Program-made: the position numbers and the translations under genes
Source: Takakia lepidozioides
Taxonomy: Eukaryota > Plantae > Bryophyta
Reading direction: 5' to 3'
DNA length: 64,000 nt
NCBI GenBank assembly: GCA_030704615.1
Contig: CM060733.1
Location: 44,516,001 to 44,580,000 of the forward strand
In this document: positions 51,007 through 64,000 of the stretch, piece after piece
Position numbering within the stretch: the first letter of the stretch is position 1
How the letters are laid out: each line of letters opens with the position of its first letter
The notes under the pieces: generated by a model
The model's input: only the letters and a program-made list of their open reading frames with translations
The model's database searches: none
Told to the model about the DNA's origin: nothing

Positions 51007-54000
51007 ATGGCTCCGGGTGTGGCCGCTCTGCGGCTGCTGGCATGCTTGGTGCTGCTTCTTCCAGCTGTCACGGCCTTCTATTTGCCCGGAGTTGCGCCTC
51101 TCGACTTTCCGAAGGTGTTCTTGCACTCCTATCCCTGTGTTGCTGCTGGATCGGAGCGGTGACTGCGATTGCGGATGTAGAGCTTCTGTATTGTGTTCGT
51201 GTCTGTCTTTTTCTGGCTAGGGTTGTCTTCGAGCGACGTGATTGAGGCATTGCATTGGTCTGGATCTCTGCCGTCACTTCATGGTGGAGGTTTTGTGTTT
51301 TCTTTGTCGGGTAGATGTCGCAGGTGTCAAATCTACTTGTCCGGAGTATGTTGAAATCATAGTGAGTTAGGCGTGTTAATGTCCACTGCAACTGCGTAGA
51401 CACGAAATCTCAACGGAATGGCCGTTCCGGTTGTGAGTACCTGAGCCCTAGATGGAGACAAGCCCTTCCCAAAAGTTGGAGTTTGAACACTAGATCGGTA
51501 ATTTTTACACATTCTCTCGGGAGATGTCTTCGACCCATGGTGTTCATGGCTGCCTTGATCCCTGCTGCCCGTCCCTCCCTCGATGTCATGTTTTCTGGGT
51601 ATAGGTTTGACCAATACTTCAACCTTTTCTTTGCTAACTCTCTAATGGTCTGGAGGGAAGTGGTCTACACACCTTGAGCTTGTTGGTTGAGAATAAAACA
51701 GATCTTCCATAAGGTCATCGAGGATCTGTTGTCCCAGGGCGACTAGTAGTAGGACTAGTCTCAGCCATCAGTAACCAAGAAGCCAACTCACGTTAATGCA
51801 AGGGTGAGCTCACAGCTCCCGATGGAGACCTGATGGAGACGACCTGGAGATGTGCAATCAACTTTGAATATTCTATCCTCATTGGGAGTGGGTCGTTTTG
51901 CAGAAGTCGGAAGTATACGTGAAGGTGAACAAGTTGACGTCCATCAAGACACAGTTGCCATACGAGCACTACTCACTGGACTATTGTAAGCCTGAAAAGA
52001 TTGTGAACAGTGCTGAGAATTTGGGGGAGGTTCTCAGAGGTGACCGCATTGAGAATTCACCCTATGTGGTAAGGTTTTGATGCCTTTCCTGAGTCTCTTT
52101 CTCACAGTAGTGATGCGTGTGAAAGCTGCACTAGGCATATGATGTATGCAGCATGCTGAGATGTGGGTAGTATCACATCTGGTAGCTGCATTTGAGACTG
52201 CGATGATCTCTTCGGTTGGCCTGGTAAGCCACCACCATTGATTTGAAGGGTTTGTTATTGCTTTGTCTCTGGAGAAATGACCCTTAGTGGCAGTGTATCC
52301 CAAGAATTCAAGAGGTGAGATGTAGCTTTGATGTTTGCCTTTGACTTTTGAATTGTGCACATCCAGCTCTTGGTAGAGGATAAACTTAAGATGCCACTAG
52401 GTAAGCTAGTCAACCAGGCCCTTAGTTTTGTACTCTCAGCAAATGCGTGGTGAAAATTAAAGTTGGCGGTGCTGGTAGTTAACAAGCATTTCCGTGCGCC
52501 TTGGTCAAACAGTGGCTGTGAAGCTCTGTGGAGTATCTGTCCACCTTTCAACAACTAGAATGTTGGCTGCATGTGGCTACTACAGTTCTGTTCCTGGGAG
52601 TTCCAATTGTGTACAATGAGAGACACATGGTCATGATGCAATGTTGGAGTAATCAGCTAATTGATGCCCAACTGTGTTTATGGCAGTTTGGGATGCAGGA
52701 GGACCAGTTATGCAAGATCGTCTGCAAACGCCCACTAACGCAACAGACTGCAAAGAGCTTCAAAGAAAAGATTGAGGATGATTACCATGTGAACATGTAG
52801 GATTTGCATTTGAAAGGGTACTTGTTTCTGATTGCTCCGTATGATGCACTAATATCGGTGGAAATGTCACTGCTTTGAGAGTGGTGAGTACACTGCAGTT
52901 TGAGAACATGTAAACATTTTGGTGTACACATTTAATCTTGTATGTCACATGTCAGCTTCTGACCGGCAGTTAGGTTTGACGTGGGCTTGTATTGAACTTG
53001 CAGGATATTGGACAATCTCCCGGTGGTCTATATCAGAAAGAGGGGTGACCTTAGCCAGAGTTATCCGATCTATGGTCGTGGTTTCCCAGTTGGTTTCAAG
53101 GCATCTTATGAGGTAAGCACTCCCTTTTCTTTTGGGTGCAATGATGCTTTCCAACATCATTTGACGCAAAAACAACTTTGGAATGGTTTTAGGGGCTGAC
53201 AGGGCCTCTGTCTCATTTCGCAGGGCACTAAGGAGGAGAAATACTTCATTTACAACCACCTTAGCTTTACTGTGCTTTATCACCAGGAGATTGAGTCTCA
53301 GCCTTCTCGGATCGTGGGCTTTGAGGTGACACCTTACAGGTGTGTGTAACTGCGAGATTACCAGGGCATAATGTAGTGGATTTAGTCAAGTGGCAAGAAA
53401 CTGTTCTCCAAAAGTGTGCTTTGAAGTAGCTGCTGAGTCATAGCTGAGAGACTCGCGCATGGCTGGACCTGACTAATTGTATGTGCCCCCAGCATCCTAC
53501 CAGGGGAGCATGAGAGTCCTGTCTGTGCTTGGAAATGTGAAGGCATTAGAAAACGGGCATCATTCTCCAGTGCAAGAGATTTTCCCTGCTAAAGTTGGGG
53601 ATAAGCTCTTCCTCATTCTGCTGTTGAATCATGACTGCTATGAAGTAACCCAACACAGAATAAAGGTCTGATCCAAGGTTGTCTTAGTTCTATGTACGGA
53701 TGATGCCTTGAGCATCAATCCTTTGCAACAAAGGCGTCAATCCCTCATCATAGTGATGTTTGATGACAAATCTATTTTCCATTTGGTGGCACAAACTCAG
53801 ATGTTCATTCTGGTGCTGGTTGTATGTGGGTTTGCAGTGTGAACCATATGTCTGATGGTGACAAATTAAAGACGTGCAATCCCAACACCAAAACTTTCGT
53901 GGACAGCAGTATGCCTCCCCAGGAAGTGGAGCCAGATACAGATGTCTTTTTTACTTATGATATACAATTCAAGGTACATGCTATACTTTGCGGTATTGTA

Positions 54001-55668
54001 TAATGGGAAGTAGATTGGGGTGAGGAGCAGGGCGGCTGCATCATGGTGTTGCACAGGGAGGATATAGACTCTAGAGAGATGGTTTTCCCTTTATACGCTG
54101 TTGGAACGAAATCCTTTCTGGTGTATTGGGTCTTATGTGGCCCCAGTAAACCAGTTGTATGTTGGAAAAGAGATTACAGTTGCTACGAGGTTTTACAGGT
54201 ACGCTAAGGAGTGACGTGCAGCTGCTACATCTTACTTCTTTCTCACCTTGTCACTATCCATCAACGGTTCCTTTGGGAGAACCTCCACTTGCTTCTTGGC
54301 TGTTCCACACTGTCAAGCACAGCTCTGACCTGGGTGTCTCATTCATCAGTCCCAAGGGCCAGTCACGGACAGTCAAAACCACTTCATTTGGTAGGGAATC
54401 ATTGGATGTTTGTTGTCAAGACTCAAGGGGGCCAGCGCAGTTGTAAAATGTTCTCGTCTCCTGTGAGCACATTTTCTGATTGAAGCGTGGATGACTGTTG
54501 CATTGTGCAGAAGAGTCCTTTGAAATGGGCATCCAGGTGGGATAACTACCTGCTGATGTCAGATGATCAGATACACTGGTTTTCTATCATAAACTCTCTC
54601 ATGATTGTCTTGTTCCTTTCGGGCATGGTGGCGATGATTATGATGCGTACGCTACATCGGGACATTTCAAAGTATAATCAGCTTGAAACACAAGAAGAAG
54701 CGCAAGAGGAGACTGGCTGGAAGCTGGTCCATGGGGATGTATTCAGACCGCCAACACAAGCTGGGCTGCTCTGTGTGTACATTGGCACAGGGGTCCAGTT
54801 TTTTGGAATGACACTCGTTACAATGGTCTTTGCTGTCCTTGGTTTCCTATCTCCAGCAAACCGTGGTGGACTGATGACGGCAATGTTGCTGCTTTGGGTG
54901 TTCATGGGTTTGCTTGCTGGTTATGCCTCCGCACGGTTGTACAAGATGTTCAAGGGCACTGACTGGAAATTGAACACCTTGAAGACGGCTTTCATGTTCC
55001 CAGGAATCATCTTTACTGTTTTCTTCATTCTGAATGCCCTGATCTGGGGTGAAAAATCATCGGGTGCTGTGCCATTCGGGACTATGTTTGCCCTTGTCCT
55101 TCTTTGGTTTGGCATCTCTGTCCCGCTGGTTTTTGTTGGCAGCTACTTTGGGTTCAAGAAGCCGGTCATCGAGGATCCAGTTAGGACCAACAAAATTCCC
55201 CGTCAGATTCCCGAGCAGGCTTGGTACATGCGCCCTGTGTTTTCCATTCTTATTGGAGGCATTTTACCATTTGGGGCAGTATTCATTGAGCTCTTCTTCA
55301 TCTTGACTTCAATCTGGTTGCAACAATTCTACTACATTTTTGGCTTCTTGTTCATCGTGTTTTTTATCCTTATCGTCACTTGCGCGGAAATCACAATCGT
55401 GCTGTGCTATTTCCAGTTGTGCAGCGAGGACTACAACTGGTGGTGGAGGGCATATTTCACATCCGGATCATCAGCTCTATATCTCTTCCTCTATGCAACT
55501 TTTTACTTTTTCACAAAACTTGAGATTACAAAGGTTGTGTCAGGGATCCTGTACTTTGGATACATGGTAATCATTTCGTATTCGTTCTTCGTGCTCACGG
55601 GCACAATAGGCTTCTATGCTTGCTACTGGTTTGTACGCACTATCTATGCGTCGGTCAAGATCGACTGA
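51007..55668 (+). CDS. TMN: Transmembrane 9 superfamily / endomembrane protein 70 (TM9SF), 7 exons: 51007-51114, 51904-52068, 52687-52796, 53004-53112, 53224-53339, 53838-53973, 54511-55668
   Basis: Signal peptide plus [92 protein letters not shown]-terminal YASVKID. Confidence 0.96.
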
Positions 55669-57379
55669 GAGGGACATGGTTGGAATTATCGGCTGTTCTG
55701 ATCGGGGAGCTATTTTGCCTAAGGGCCATGTACATTCTTGACAGGTCGGTGTTGAAGGAAGGCTTTATTGAATGGAGGTGTGAAGTAAAGCTCATAGGCA
55801 TTCATTTTAGAAGAAAAACCCCGGAGAGAGATCGAGTATACTTCAGACAAGTGGTTCCGAGTCTTGCCAGCAGTTGCTGCTAATGTTAGAGTTTTGCAGG
55901 GAAATACGCTTTATGACATCCATTTTCACTGGGATGGTACAGATTTTTTTTGTTGGGAGTAATTCCAACACAGCCCCCAGGAGGAGTGGAGTTGACATTC
56001 ATGTGCTTTTAAAGATACCTCTGCCATAAGGTATAGGCAAGTGGCATCAGTGCTGTTTTAGAAAGATTTCTCAAGCTAAGGGGGTTGAACTACTGTGATA
56101 TGTAGCCTGCTTTTCTGCCTTGTGCAGCTTGTTAGGGTGGTGGGTATATTGGAACAAGCTGCTACTTTGTCAAAAATACTATGTCGTGCTTGTGTAGTTG
56201 TTCAATGAAATTTGTCATTGTCTATCCAGAAATGGCCCCTTGTATGTGGATTAAACTTGCAGTTTGGTTTAGAATTTCCTTGCCTGCTTGTGTATGTGAT
56301 CCCTTTTGCCTGCAGGCGTGTAACAAAGACTGCTTGGAGGGTAGTATGCTGCCCTCCAGCCCCCAATCTGATGTGGTGATAACTGACATGATTTTTCAAG
56401 TCTGCTGTGTTTCAGTATGCAATAAGGAGAACTAGTCATGAAGACGATTTGGACAAGATCAGCCATATGGTACCAAATCAATGCATTGCAGACCAGATGG
56501 TACACTGCTCAGAATACAATTGAGGGTAAAAGAGAGGTCGCAACAGGTGATGCTACAAGTCGTTAGGAAAATATGTTGGAAAATATGTCGGAGAGCCAAC
56601 AATCCCACAAGAAACCAGGTTCATCATCGGGTATGTGGTCATATGGTGTGAAGGACGAACTGGCTTTGTTCTTGATGAATACAACAATGGAAATAAATGG
56701 TGATTTCTTTTTCATATGATGCCACACCGCCTCTGGCATGACAGAGCACCAAGCCCTTCATCTTTGAGGAGATTAGCTGCCAAATATCAGGTTGAAAAGA
56801 GCATCCAAGTTTGCAATTTTTGAAGCTACTCCTCGGAGCAGATCAAATCAGATTCACTTACAGCCTCTGGATTTTAATATTCTGGAGCAATACTAATCGG
56901 AAGGGACATTCCAGCCAGCATAGGTACTCCCAATATCATCCTATCAAACCTTTGATTGTCTCCAATTCCAATGCTATCTCTGGCATCCACCTCCGACACC
57001 AGCACATGACGCCTCAACAGCTACAATTGCTTCAACAAAAATCTTTCCAAGTATGCCTTGTGTCCTCTTTGCTTGGGGAAGAGTTCACTACAAGCCTGTG
57101 GTAGAAACTAGAAATGTAGAAACTTGCATCAGAGTGACAAGCGCAAGAACTTTGCCAGTGAATGCTCATCACCTAGGCTGCTACAATAACCCAGAACCTT
57201 AGCTAAGGAAAACCTATTATCCTCTCCCACTTCCTATCCCATGAGCCTTGTGCTCGGCCAGTAACTCCTCTCACTATGATTAAGGATGAGCACTCCTGGT
57301 GTTTCCCTTTTACCTGTGTGATCCACTGTTGCACCGGTATATACTTAGGTCCAACGGGTATCAATATATGAAGCGAGAC

Positions 57380-57427
57380 GTTTGTTTGTTTGTTTGTTTG
57401 TTTGTTTGTTTTGTTTTGTTTTGTTTT
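57380..57427. repeat. (GTTT)n/(GTTTT)n microsatellite
   Basis: Directly visible. Confidence 0.9.
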
Positions 57428-57679
57428 ATAGCATTGAGATGTCCCGAACCGCAAGGCCCCAGCGCCGGTGCTTGGTACCGTTGGAAAGCCCTCGACAAGG
57501 AGGGGTGCACCGGCTTGGTCCCATCTTTTTTGGACATGCGGTGTGGGAGATATGACATTTCAAGTACTTTTGGTCACTGGAAATCGCGAAGAATAGCAAA
57601 GTGGGCTTTCCTGGGAGCCTCGACGGGAGATTTATCAATAATAAATGGATATATAACTACTCAATAAATTAATAGAAAA

Positions 57680-60460
57680 AAATAAATTGGGCCTTGACAT
57701 GGGAGACGTATTTGGATACACAGGAGATTGCACTTGGGCAAGTTACATGACACTGGACACTTGGGCCTCTACACGGGAGATGCACTTGGATATATATATA
57801 TATATGACGCCAGCCGAAGCCAGCGTAAATAAGAGCCTCTTCCCCATGTGGGTACTGCCCCCTTTCGGGGGTGGGCTCTATGGTAATAAGAACCAGTTAC
57901 TAAGCAGCAAGCAAGCTGGCCACTTTCAATCTTTCCTTTGTTGAGGATAATGGTTGTTAGTGAAGTGATGGCCGTGAGGTGTAATGATCGTAATAGGGGG
58001 GTGTATATTATGAGGTAGTTTAAGGTTTTCTTTTAGGATTAGACTGTTGTGACAGTGAGCTCCCCCTCTGACACCAGCGGTGATAATTGTCAGAGGGGCA
58101 GTGTTCCATCCATATTGACGGAGTGCTAGAACTAGGGGTTCGTATTTTTCACGTTTGAACATAATGGATTGGTCGGGATGTCTGTCATGACAAAAGGCAA
58201 ATTCAATGATGTGAATAGTGAGGGAGGGGAGTGGACCTGTTGGTGCTGCCAACGAAACGGGGAGTCCTTGGACAAGAAGAATATCTGGGCATAATCTTGT
58301 CAGACAGAGGCATGGGTGATTAGCGCATGTACATGGTAGCAACCATGAAGGTATTGTTTGGTCAGGTGGCCTACCTTGAAATGTGCCTGCATTAATGAGG
58401 TTGTACCATCTAGTTTTAGGGTGTGTGAGAAGAAGTTTATGGAGTTGCCAAACTCCTTGATTATGTCGAGTAATGTGAAGTCCATGGATAATGGGATGTT
58501 TACAGTGGAGAAGAAGATGCGGCCATGTGTCCACTCGAGGGGGTTGGGAATAGCATAACGTGCAGTGCTTGTTAGGATATAATAGAGGCCAAAATAAATT
58601 ACGTCGTTGATTGCCCATGTATTGTCCGTATCGAAATCGGAGCGTTTGTTTAATTTGGGCATCAGTGATTATTGGAGATTTTCAGATTAGACATATGGTG
58701 GAGCAGCTGAGGTGGCGTAACCCATTTGGATATGTAGGGTTCTAGATAGGTGGGCGATGCACGGATTTGGTCCATAGTTTTTTCTGTCATATATGCATGC
58801 AGGTCCCGAATGGGGGCTATGTCTGGGAATCTAGCTTTAGTGGATGTCAGTCAGAATGGATACGTGTGTGCCAGGTGAATAGGATCAGTCGTGGGGTAAG
58901 TAGTAGGTTGGATGGTTCCAAGCTTGGCAAGTTCGTCTGCTGTCTCATTACCCGTGATTCCTATATGGGATCTGACTTTGTGGAGATGAATTTGTATTGG
59001 GGATGAATGTACAATATCTATGATGGCCTTAATGAGGTGAAGGTCAGGGTGATGAATTTGGGAGGAGGGTTTAAGGTTTTGGTTAGAGAGGAGATACAAA
59101 GAGACTAAGCTATCCGTAAAGAGGTAGTAGCTGGTCAAACCAAAATGTTCAAGGCATCATGTATAGCCATGAGTTCTGCACGTAAAATATTTTGACGACT
59201 TGGAAGACGGTTGTATGTTCTTGAGTTGTTATTTGGAGAGTATGTACCATACCCTGCATGTGCATCTTTTAGGGAGCTATCTGTATATACACATTGGTGG
59301 GGAGGGAATTTTAAAGGGCTAAGTTTGTAAAGTCCGGCATTTGTCCAAATGGGTGTTGTTGTTCTGTTGACCAAGGTGGTCGTGGGGTGGCCATATTCCA
59401 TGGTTTGTCTTGGTTGATGCGAGGGTAGATGTGGGGCACTTGTTGCGGTTCATAGACTATGGCAGTAGGGCCAAACAACTGGTTTAGTATTTGTTTTAAT
59501 TGTGAAAAAAAAGTACATGGTATTTGTGGGTTGCCTGAATGGTGTACATAAACTAGTTTAGTTAGGGATGGCTCTGGATATTTCATATACTTTGGTAATG
59601 GTGGGGTTGATTCATAGATGATCGTACGTGGGTCAAATATAGCAAATGTGAACATTCCCGCGGGGGGGGGGTAGCCAACATAGGGTGATCAGTGTTATTG
59701 TGCGGGATGTACAATACGGTAAAGGCTTATGTGGATATATGGGCAGCTATTCTTGCCCAATGGATTGCTTCGGTAGCTGCACTTGGATACATAAATAGAA
59801 GATTGCACTTGGGCTTAAATGGACCTTGACATGGAGACGCGCACGTGGATACGTAGGAAATTGCACATGGACTTAGATTTCAATTCTTCACACATGGGCC
59901 AACGGCATAGGCTACACTAGGCTGGAAATTCACAAAAAATAGCAAAAATGGCAAAGTGGGACAATGGTTGGAGCCTCGACGAGAGAGATATAAAGGGAAA
60001 GGTCTCCGGTTCAAATATGGTCGTGGGCTCTCTGGAAAAAAAAACATGATTAGATATGGGATTTCACTTGGACTTAGATGACACTAGACACTTGGGCCTG
60101 AACATGGGAAATGCACTTGGATACATGAATAGAAGATTGCACTTGGGCTTAGATTTCAATTCTTCATGCATGGGCCAACGGCATAGGCTACACTAGAGGT
60201 CGCACTTGGGCCTTGACATACGACACCCATTTGGATACATAAGAAATTGCACTTGGCTTAGATTTCAATTCTTCACACATGGGCCTTGCATAGGAGATGC
60301 TACTTGAATACATAGGCACTTGGACTTAGATTTCAATTCTTAACACATGGGCCAATGGCGCAGGCTACCCTAGGCCTTGATCTCCCAAACATGAGGGTCT
60401 CTAGATACATAGGGGATTGCACTTGGACTTAGATGACACTGGACAGTTGGGCCAACGGCA
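57680..60460. repeat. Degenerate tandem repeat with core TGCACTTGG(A/G), interrupted by the LINE insertion
   Basis: GATTGCACTTGG, TTGGATACAT, ACTTAGATTTCAATTCTT and ATGGGCCAACGGC recur many times at 57690-57790 and 59780-60460. Confidence 0.75.
57793..59777 (-). mobile_element. 5'-truncated non-LTR retrotransposon with RNase H + CCHC + restriction-like endonuclease (Dualen/RandI-like order), 12-bp TSD, (TA)n tail
   Basis: RNase H: VYTDSS, RAELMAI, LFTDSLVSL, HKVRSHIGITGNETADELAK. Zn knuckle CTLC...HLLLHC..P.IHGLHITRHN. RLE: RLCPDILLVQG...IIEFAFC...KREKYEPL. TGCACTTGGATA is duplicated at 57781-57792 and 59778-59789. Confidence 0.85.
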
Positions 60461-63350
60461 CAAGCTACCCCAGTCATCACTGATATCAACCCAGGTAGGT
60501 ATGACCATACCCGGCTGGTAGGTAGGGTGGCACATTTGCATGAACTGAATAGGACTGAATATACTGGTTCTTACAGTATCCACTAGTATATTCAGTCCTA
60601 TTGTTTTCCTGACGAGTACATCCTATATTTTTTTTTTTCCTTATTGCTTTTTTCTTAAAAACAACATAAACATGGGAGCAACAGCTCACTATTCAGACCC
60701 TCTCTAAGAAACAGAGGAGGGGGAAAAATGAACCCCCTAAGAGCCAATGAAGCATACAGGAGACACAATCCCCATAGGCGAAACCACACCAAACAGGACA
60801 AAGTAGCAGGATTTGAGCCCCAGACCACTGCAATGACACAAATGTGTACTTTTCTTTCTTTCTTTTTTACTTTTTTTTTAAAGAAAGGGTATGGAAGCCC
60901 TGAAGTTTTATAGCAAGGGGGCAAAATGCCAGAAAGAGTAAAAAATAACCTCTTAAGTGGGGTCCCATAAAGGCTGACCCACTACTGTGAGCCTACGAGT
61001 CTAATTTTTACAGTAAAAGAAAATAAATTAAATACGAATTCGGTGAATGCACAGAAGACGTGGCCACAGGAACGCGTACGATCATACAGGATCTCAAGTA
61101 CGCCTGTTCCAACCGTTCGATGTGCAGAGTCTGGCCACCCCGTTGGATGTCCAAGTGGGATACAGAGCAGATCTGCGGTACGGTCACCTGGACTGGAAAC
61201 CGGCTGATGCAGCCGGTAGAACGTCAACTTGTGTATGCAGTATGCACCGCACCGGCGTATCCGGTCGCCTATTTTGGCGCCCAAACTATTCCAGTCGCAA
61301 AAACCTGCTCTAGATTTTCCTTTGTACTTTTTAGGGCATTTTGAAGCAGGGTGGAACCAGGTGAGCAAATTTTTACACCACCGGAAAGTTCCTGCCCGCG
61401 GACTTTCCGCCGTTTAAGGGTGGGCCCGAGGGCGGGACTTTCCGCTATACGAAGGCCTCCCGCGTGCCCCCCCTCTGTTACGCCGGGTTATTGTTTTTCT
61501 CTATTTTTTTAATTATTTATTGTTTCCTTAAATCCTTTTCCGGATAAAGGTAAGGTCACTTTTTCCCTATTATTTAAAAAACTAAAAACTAAAATAAATG
61601 CCCAGAGCCGCTAGAGTGCCGGGTCGCCCGTCGTCTCCTTGCTGTGGGGCTGCTTCGCGATGGCAGCGAGCGTTGGAGGGACAGAAGCGAGTGGGAGATC
61701 TGTCGATGCGCAGAGCGCGTGCGAGGGATGTGATGGAGTGAGGGACATTGTTTGGTGGATAGCACGGATAGGAAATCGTTCACGTTGGGATCGTGGCCCC
61801 GCGTCGTGGTTGCAGCTCGGTGCCCGGGGATCACCACTTCCAAGGATCCATCATGTGCTGAGGGGAGAATCCTAGGAAAGGGCGCTGGAGGATTTGGCAG
61901 GTGATAGAGTAGGAGGGACGAAGTAGTGTGCGTGCCAGCATTGGTATTCAGGGAGGCCAGGGGCTGGCGGTGGAGATTGCAGAGTAGGGAGATTTTTTCC
62001 AGGAATCCTTGGTCTCTCTGCTTGGATTGGTGGTCTGGGCCTTGCATCTGCTGCTTACCACATGGATTTACTGTTTTAGGAAGCTTTTCCTCAGATGCGG
62101 ATTATGCTGGAGTTTGCTATTTTAGATTTTGGGACCCTGCGTACATTTCGGGACTTATGACTGGTGAGATTGAGTAATGCTGGTGTTTTCTCGAGGCTTC
62201 GAAATCTCCAAGCTTTGCTGATCGAAATACGGGGGGTTTAGGGTTTATTGTGCTGCAAAGTTCTCTGCATTCCTGTAGAAGAGGGCTGATTGCAGGAATC
62301 GAATTTCGAGACTCTGTCGCTCACAGCTCTCGTCAGTGGAACCTGCGATCTTAACCAGGTATGCGTGGATTCAGCATATACAGTTGTACATATTGGCTTT
62401 GGAGAAAGAGTAAGATAGCCAGCATTGTTGGTTCGAGTTTCTCGTTTTTTTGTGTTTGATCTGGATCCGTGAAGCACAGTGCTGCCGGTCACGAGTGGAG
62501 AGAAGTCTTCCTTTATGTTGACTCCTCACCATACACCTAACACCTGGCACACCTGGCACGTAATGTAGAAGAACCTGATTCATGTGAAAGCTAGAGGGAT
62601 CCGCATTGTGAAATAAAAGTAAGCGGGAGTATTGTGTATCACAGAGCGACAAGGTTAATGACTCTCACTAGACGAGGGAGTCACAATGTCTCAAGAGTGG
62701 GTGCCCTCTTGCCAACCGACTTACGTGATCCTCACTTATCCGCCGGCAGCCTCCTTGTATGAACTTGTCAATGTGTTCGAAGTTGTTTGAACGGAGGAGC
62801 ATGCTGGTTGTGTCATTCTTCGTTACGATCCGTTCAGTACTCTCTGCTAGAGTCGCAGAGAAGCTGAATAGGTGCTTGACCTCTGGCTCTAGCCTTACAC
62901 GCACCTTCCCGGGTCATGAGCCAGACATATGGGGACAAGGAACAAGCTATAGTGCAGTGCCTAATGTGAGGGGAAGGTATTTCTAGTAGCATCGCTACCA
63001 TTCTTGATGGCAGATATGGATGTCTCTCCCGCAATCTGGTAGCATGGTCCGCCCACATTCTGACGCATAATACAGTCGCCTACAGACATAAGTCAGACTT
63101 GAAAAAAATTCCTGTATCGGACCATTTTATTTACATGTCAGTTGTAGCATCATTTGCATCTTTGAGATTCAGCCAGTGGCATTGGATAAATGATAAGTGA
63201 GGTTGACTCTGGTAGTAATATATATTGGAGGTGAGGTAGACCCCGTGGGCCATGGGCTAATATCTTCTCATCCTGGTATGCAGAGGGGGTAATGGATGGG
63301 ACGGAACTGGCAGCACTGAATTTGTAGGGAGGTGGGTGTATATAGACAAG

Positions 63351-64000
63351 ATGGGTTCAATGTGGGAGGCCGAGGTCTACCCAGAATGGCAAGACTACTA
63401 CCTTGTCTGCTACTTTTCCCTAGCATTCCCAGTTGCCCGTGTCCTTCTGGACTGCTTCTTTTACCAGGTGAGTTATCATCTAACGTTTATGTGATCATAT
63501 TACTCTAATTTCAACTGAAATGTCAGATGTGATTATGAATTCACAGATGCATATGCAGTTGTTGTCTCTGGCATCTCAAATTTTGCTCTTATTGTGAAAG
63601 TTTGATATAACCATCTCTAGAAATGACAGAAGTCTGCTGTTTTCTGCAATTTGGAGGGGAAGGTGTGAGAGAGGGCATTCAATTGCTCCTTTGTTGAATT
63701 TTCATGGGAGCCTGTCAAATACATCAAGGGCTTAACAACTACACCAATGCATTTCACAGTATCTCAGTTGTATGTGTCTATCTGAGCAATCACAAGCCTG
63801 TCAGGCAGCTTATTTTCAGCAGAGAGAGACTTGTGAGCAGATGCAAACATTCTCTAAGAATTTGAAAGATGGCCTTGCATTTGGTCAAGTGTGTGGCAGA
63901 AGCTAGCAAGGTGGCTCCTTTTTCCAAATGGCGAGAAGGGGATGAAAAAGATATTGCGGGAGGCTGCAGAGAAGAAGATCCCCAAATTTACAGAGTCAGC
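63351..64000 (+). CDS. LOH: Ceramide synthase (LAG1/LOH, TLC domain), 5' part only; exons 63351-63467 and 63900 to window end
   Basis: Not in the ORF track. MGSMWEAEVYPEWQDYYLVCYFSLAFPVARVLLDCFFYQ|KLARWLLFPNGEKGMKKILREAAEKKIPKFTES matches the LOH N-terminus pattern (WE.E.YP..., FP.vR.lLD.f.f.kla, ..KF.ESaWK). Phase-0 GT-AG intron. Confidence 0.82.

Overview
Eukaryotic nuclear DNA from a land plant. The protein styles suggest a moss or other non-seed plant, but that is inference. Intron-containing host genes reconstructed from splice sites: 14-3-3 (-), intronless chloroplast ATP synthase delta (+), an F-box protein (+, probably frameshifted), PsaK (-), a 13-exon HNH-like/Myb/coiled-coil protein (+), a PLS-class DYW-PPR editing factor (+), a TM9SF/EMP70 protein (+) and the start of a LAG1/LOH ceramide synthase (+). 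The main finding is two decayed copies (about 9.6-17.5 kb and 20.2-26.2 kb, minus strand) of a Ty3/gypsy LTR retrotransposon. Its pol carries a DNMT3-like C5 cytosine methyltransferase between protease and RT, and a PHD finger after the integrase. The second finding is that the DYW-PPR gene has a spliced N-terminal exon, missed by the ORF track, that adds an OSB-type PDF ssDNA-binding motif. The window also has two restriction-like-endonuclease non-LTR retrotransposon relics (one with RNase H and a 12-bp TSD), a 5x278-bp tandem array over a splice donor, a dispersed duplication of about 1.7 kb and a PPR pseudogene.
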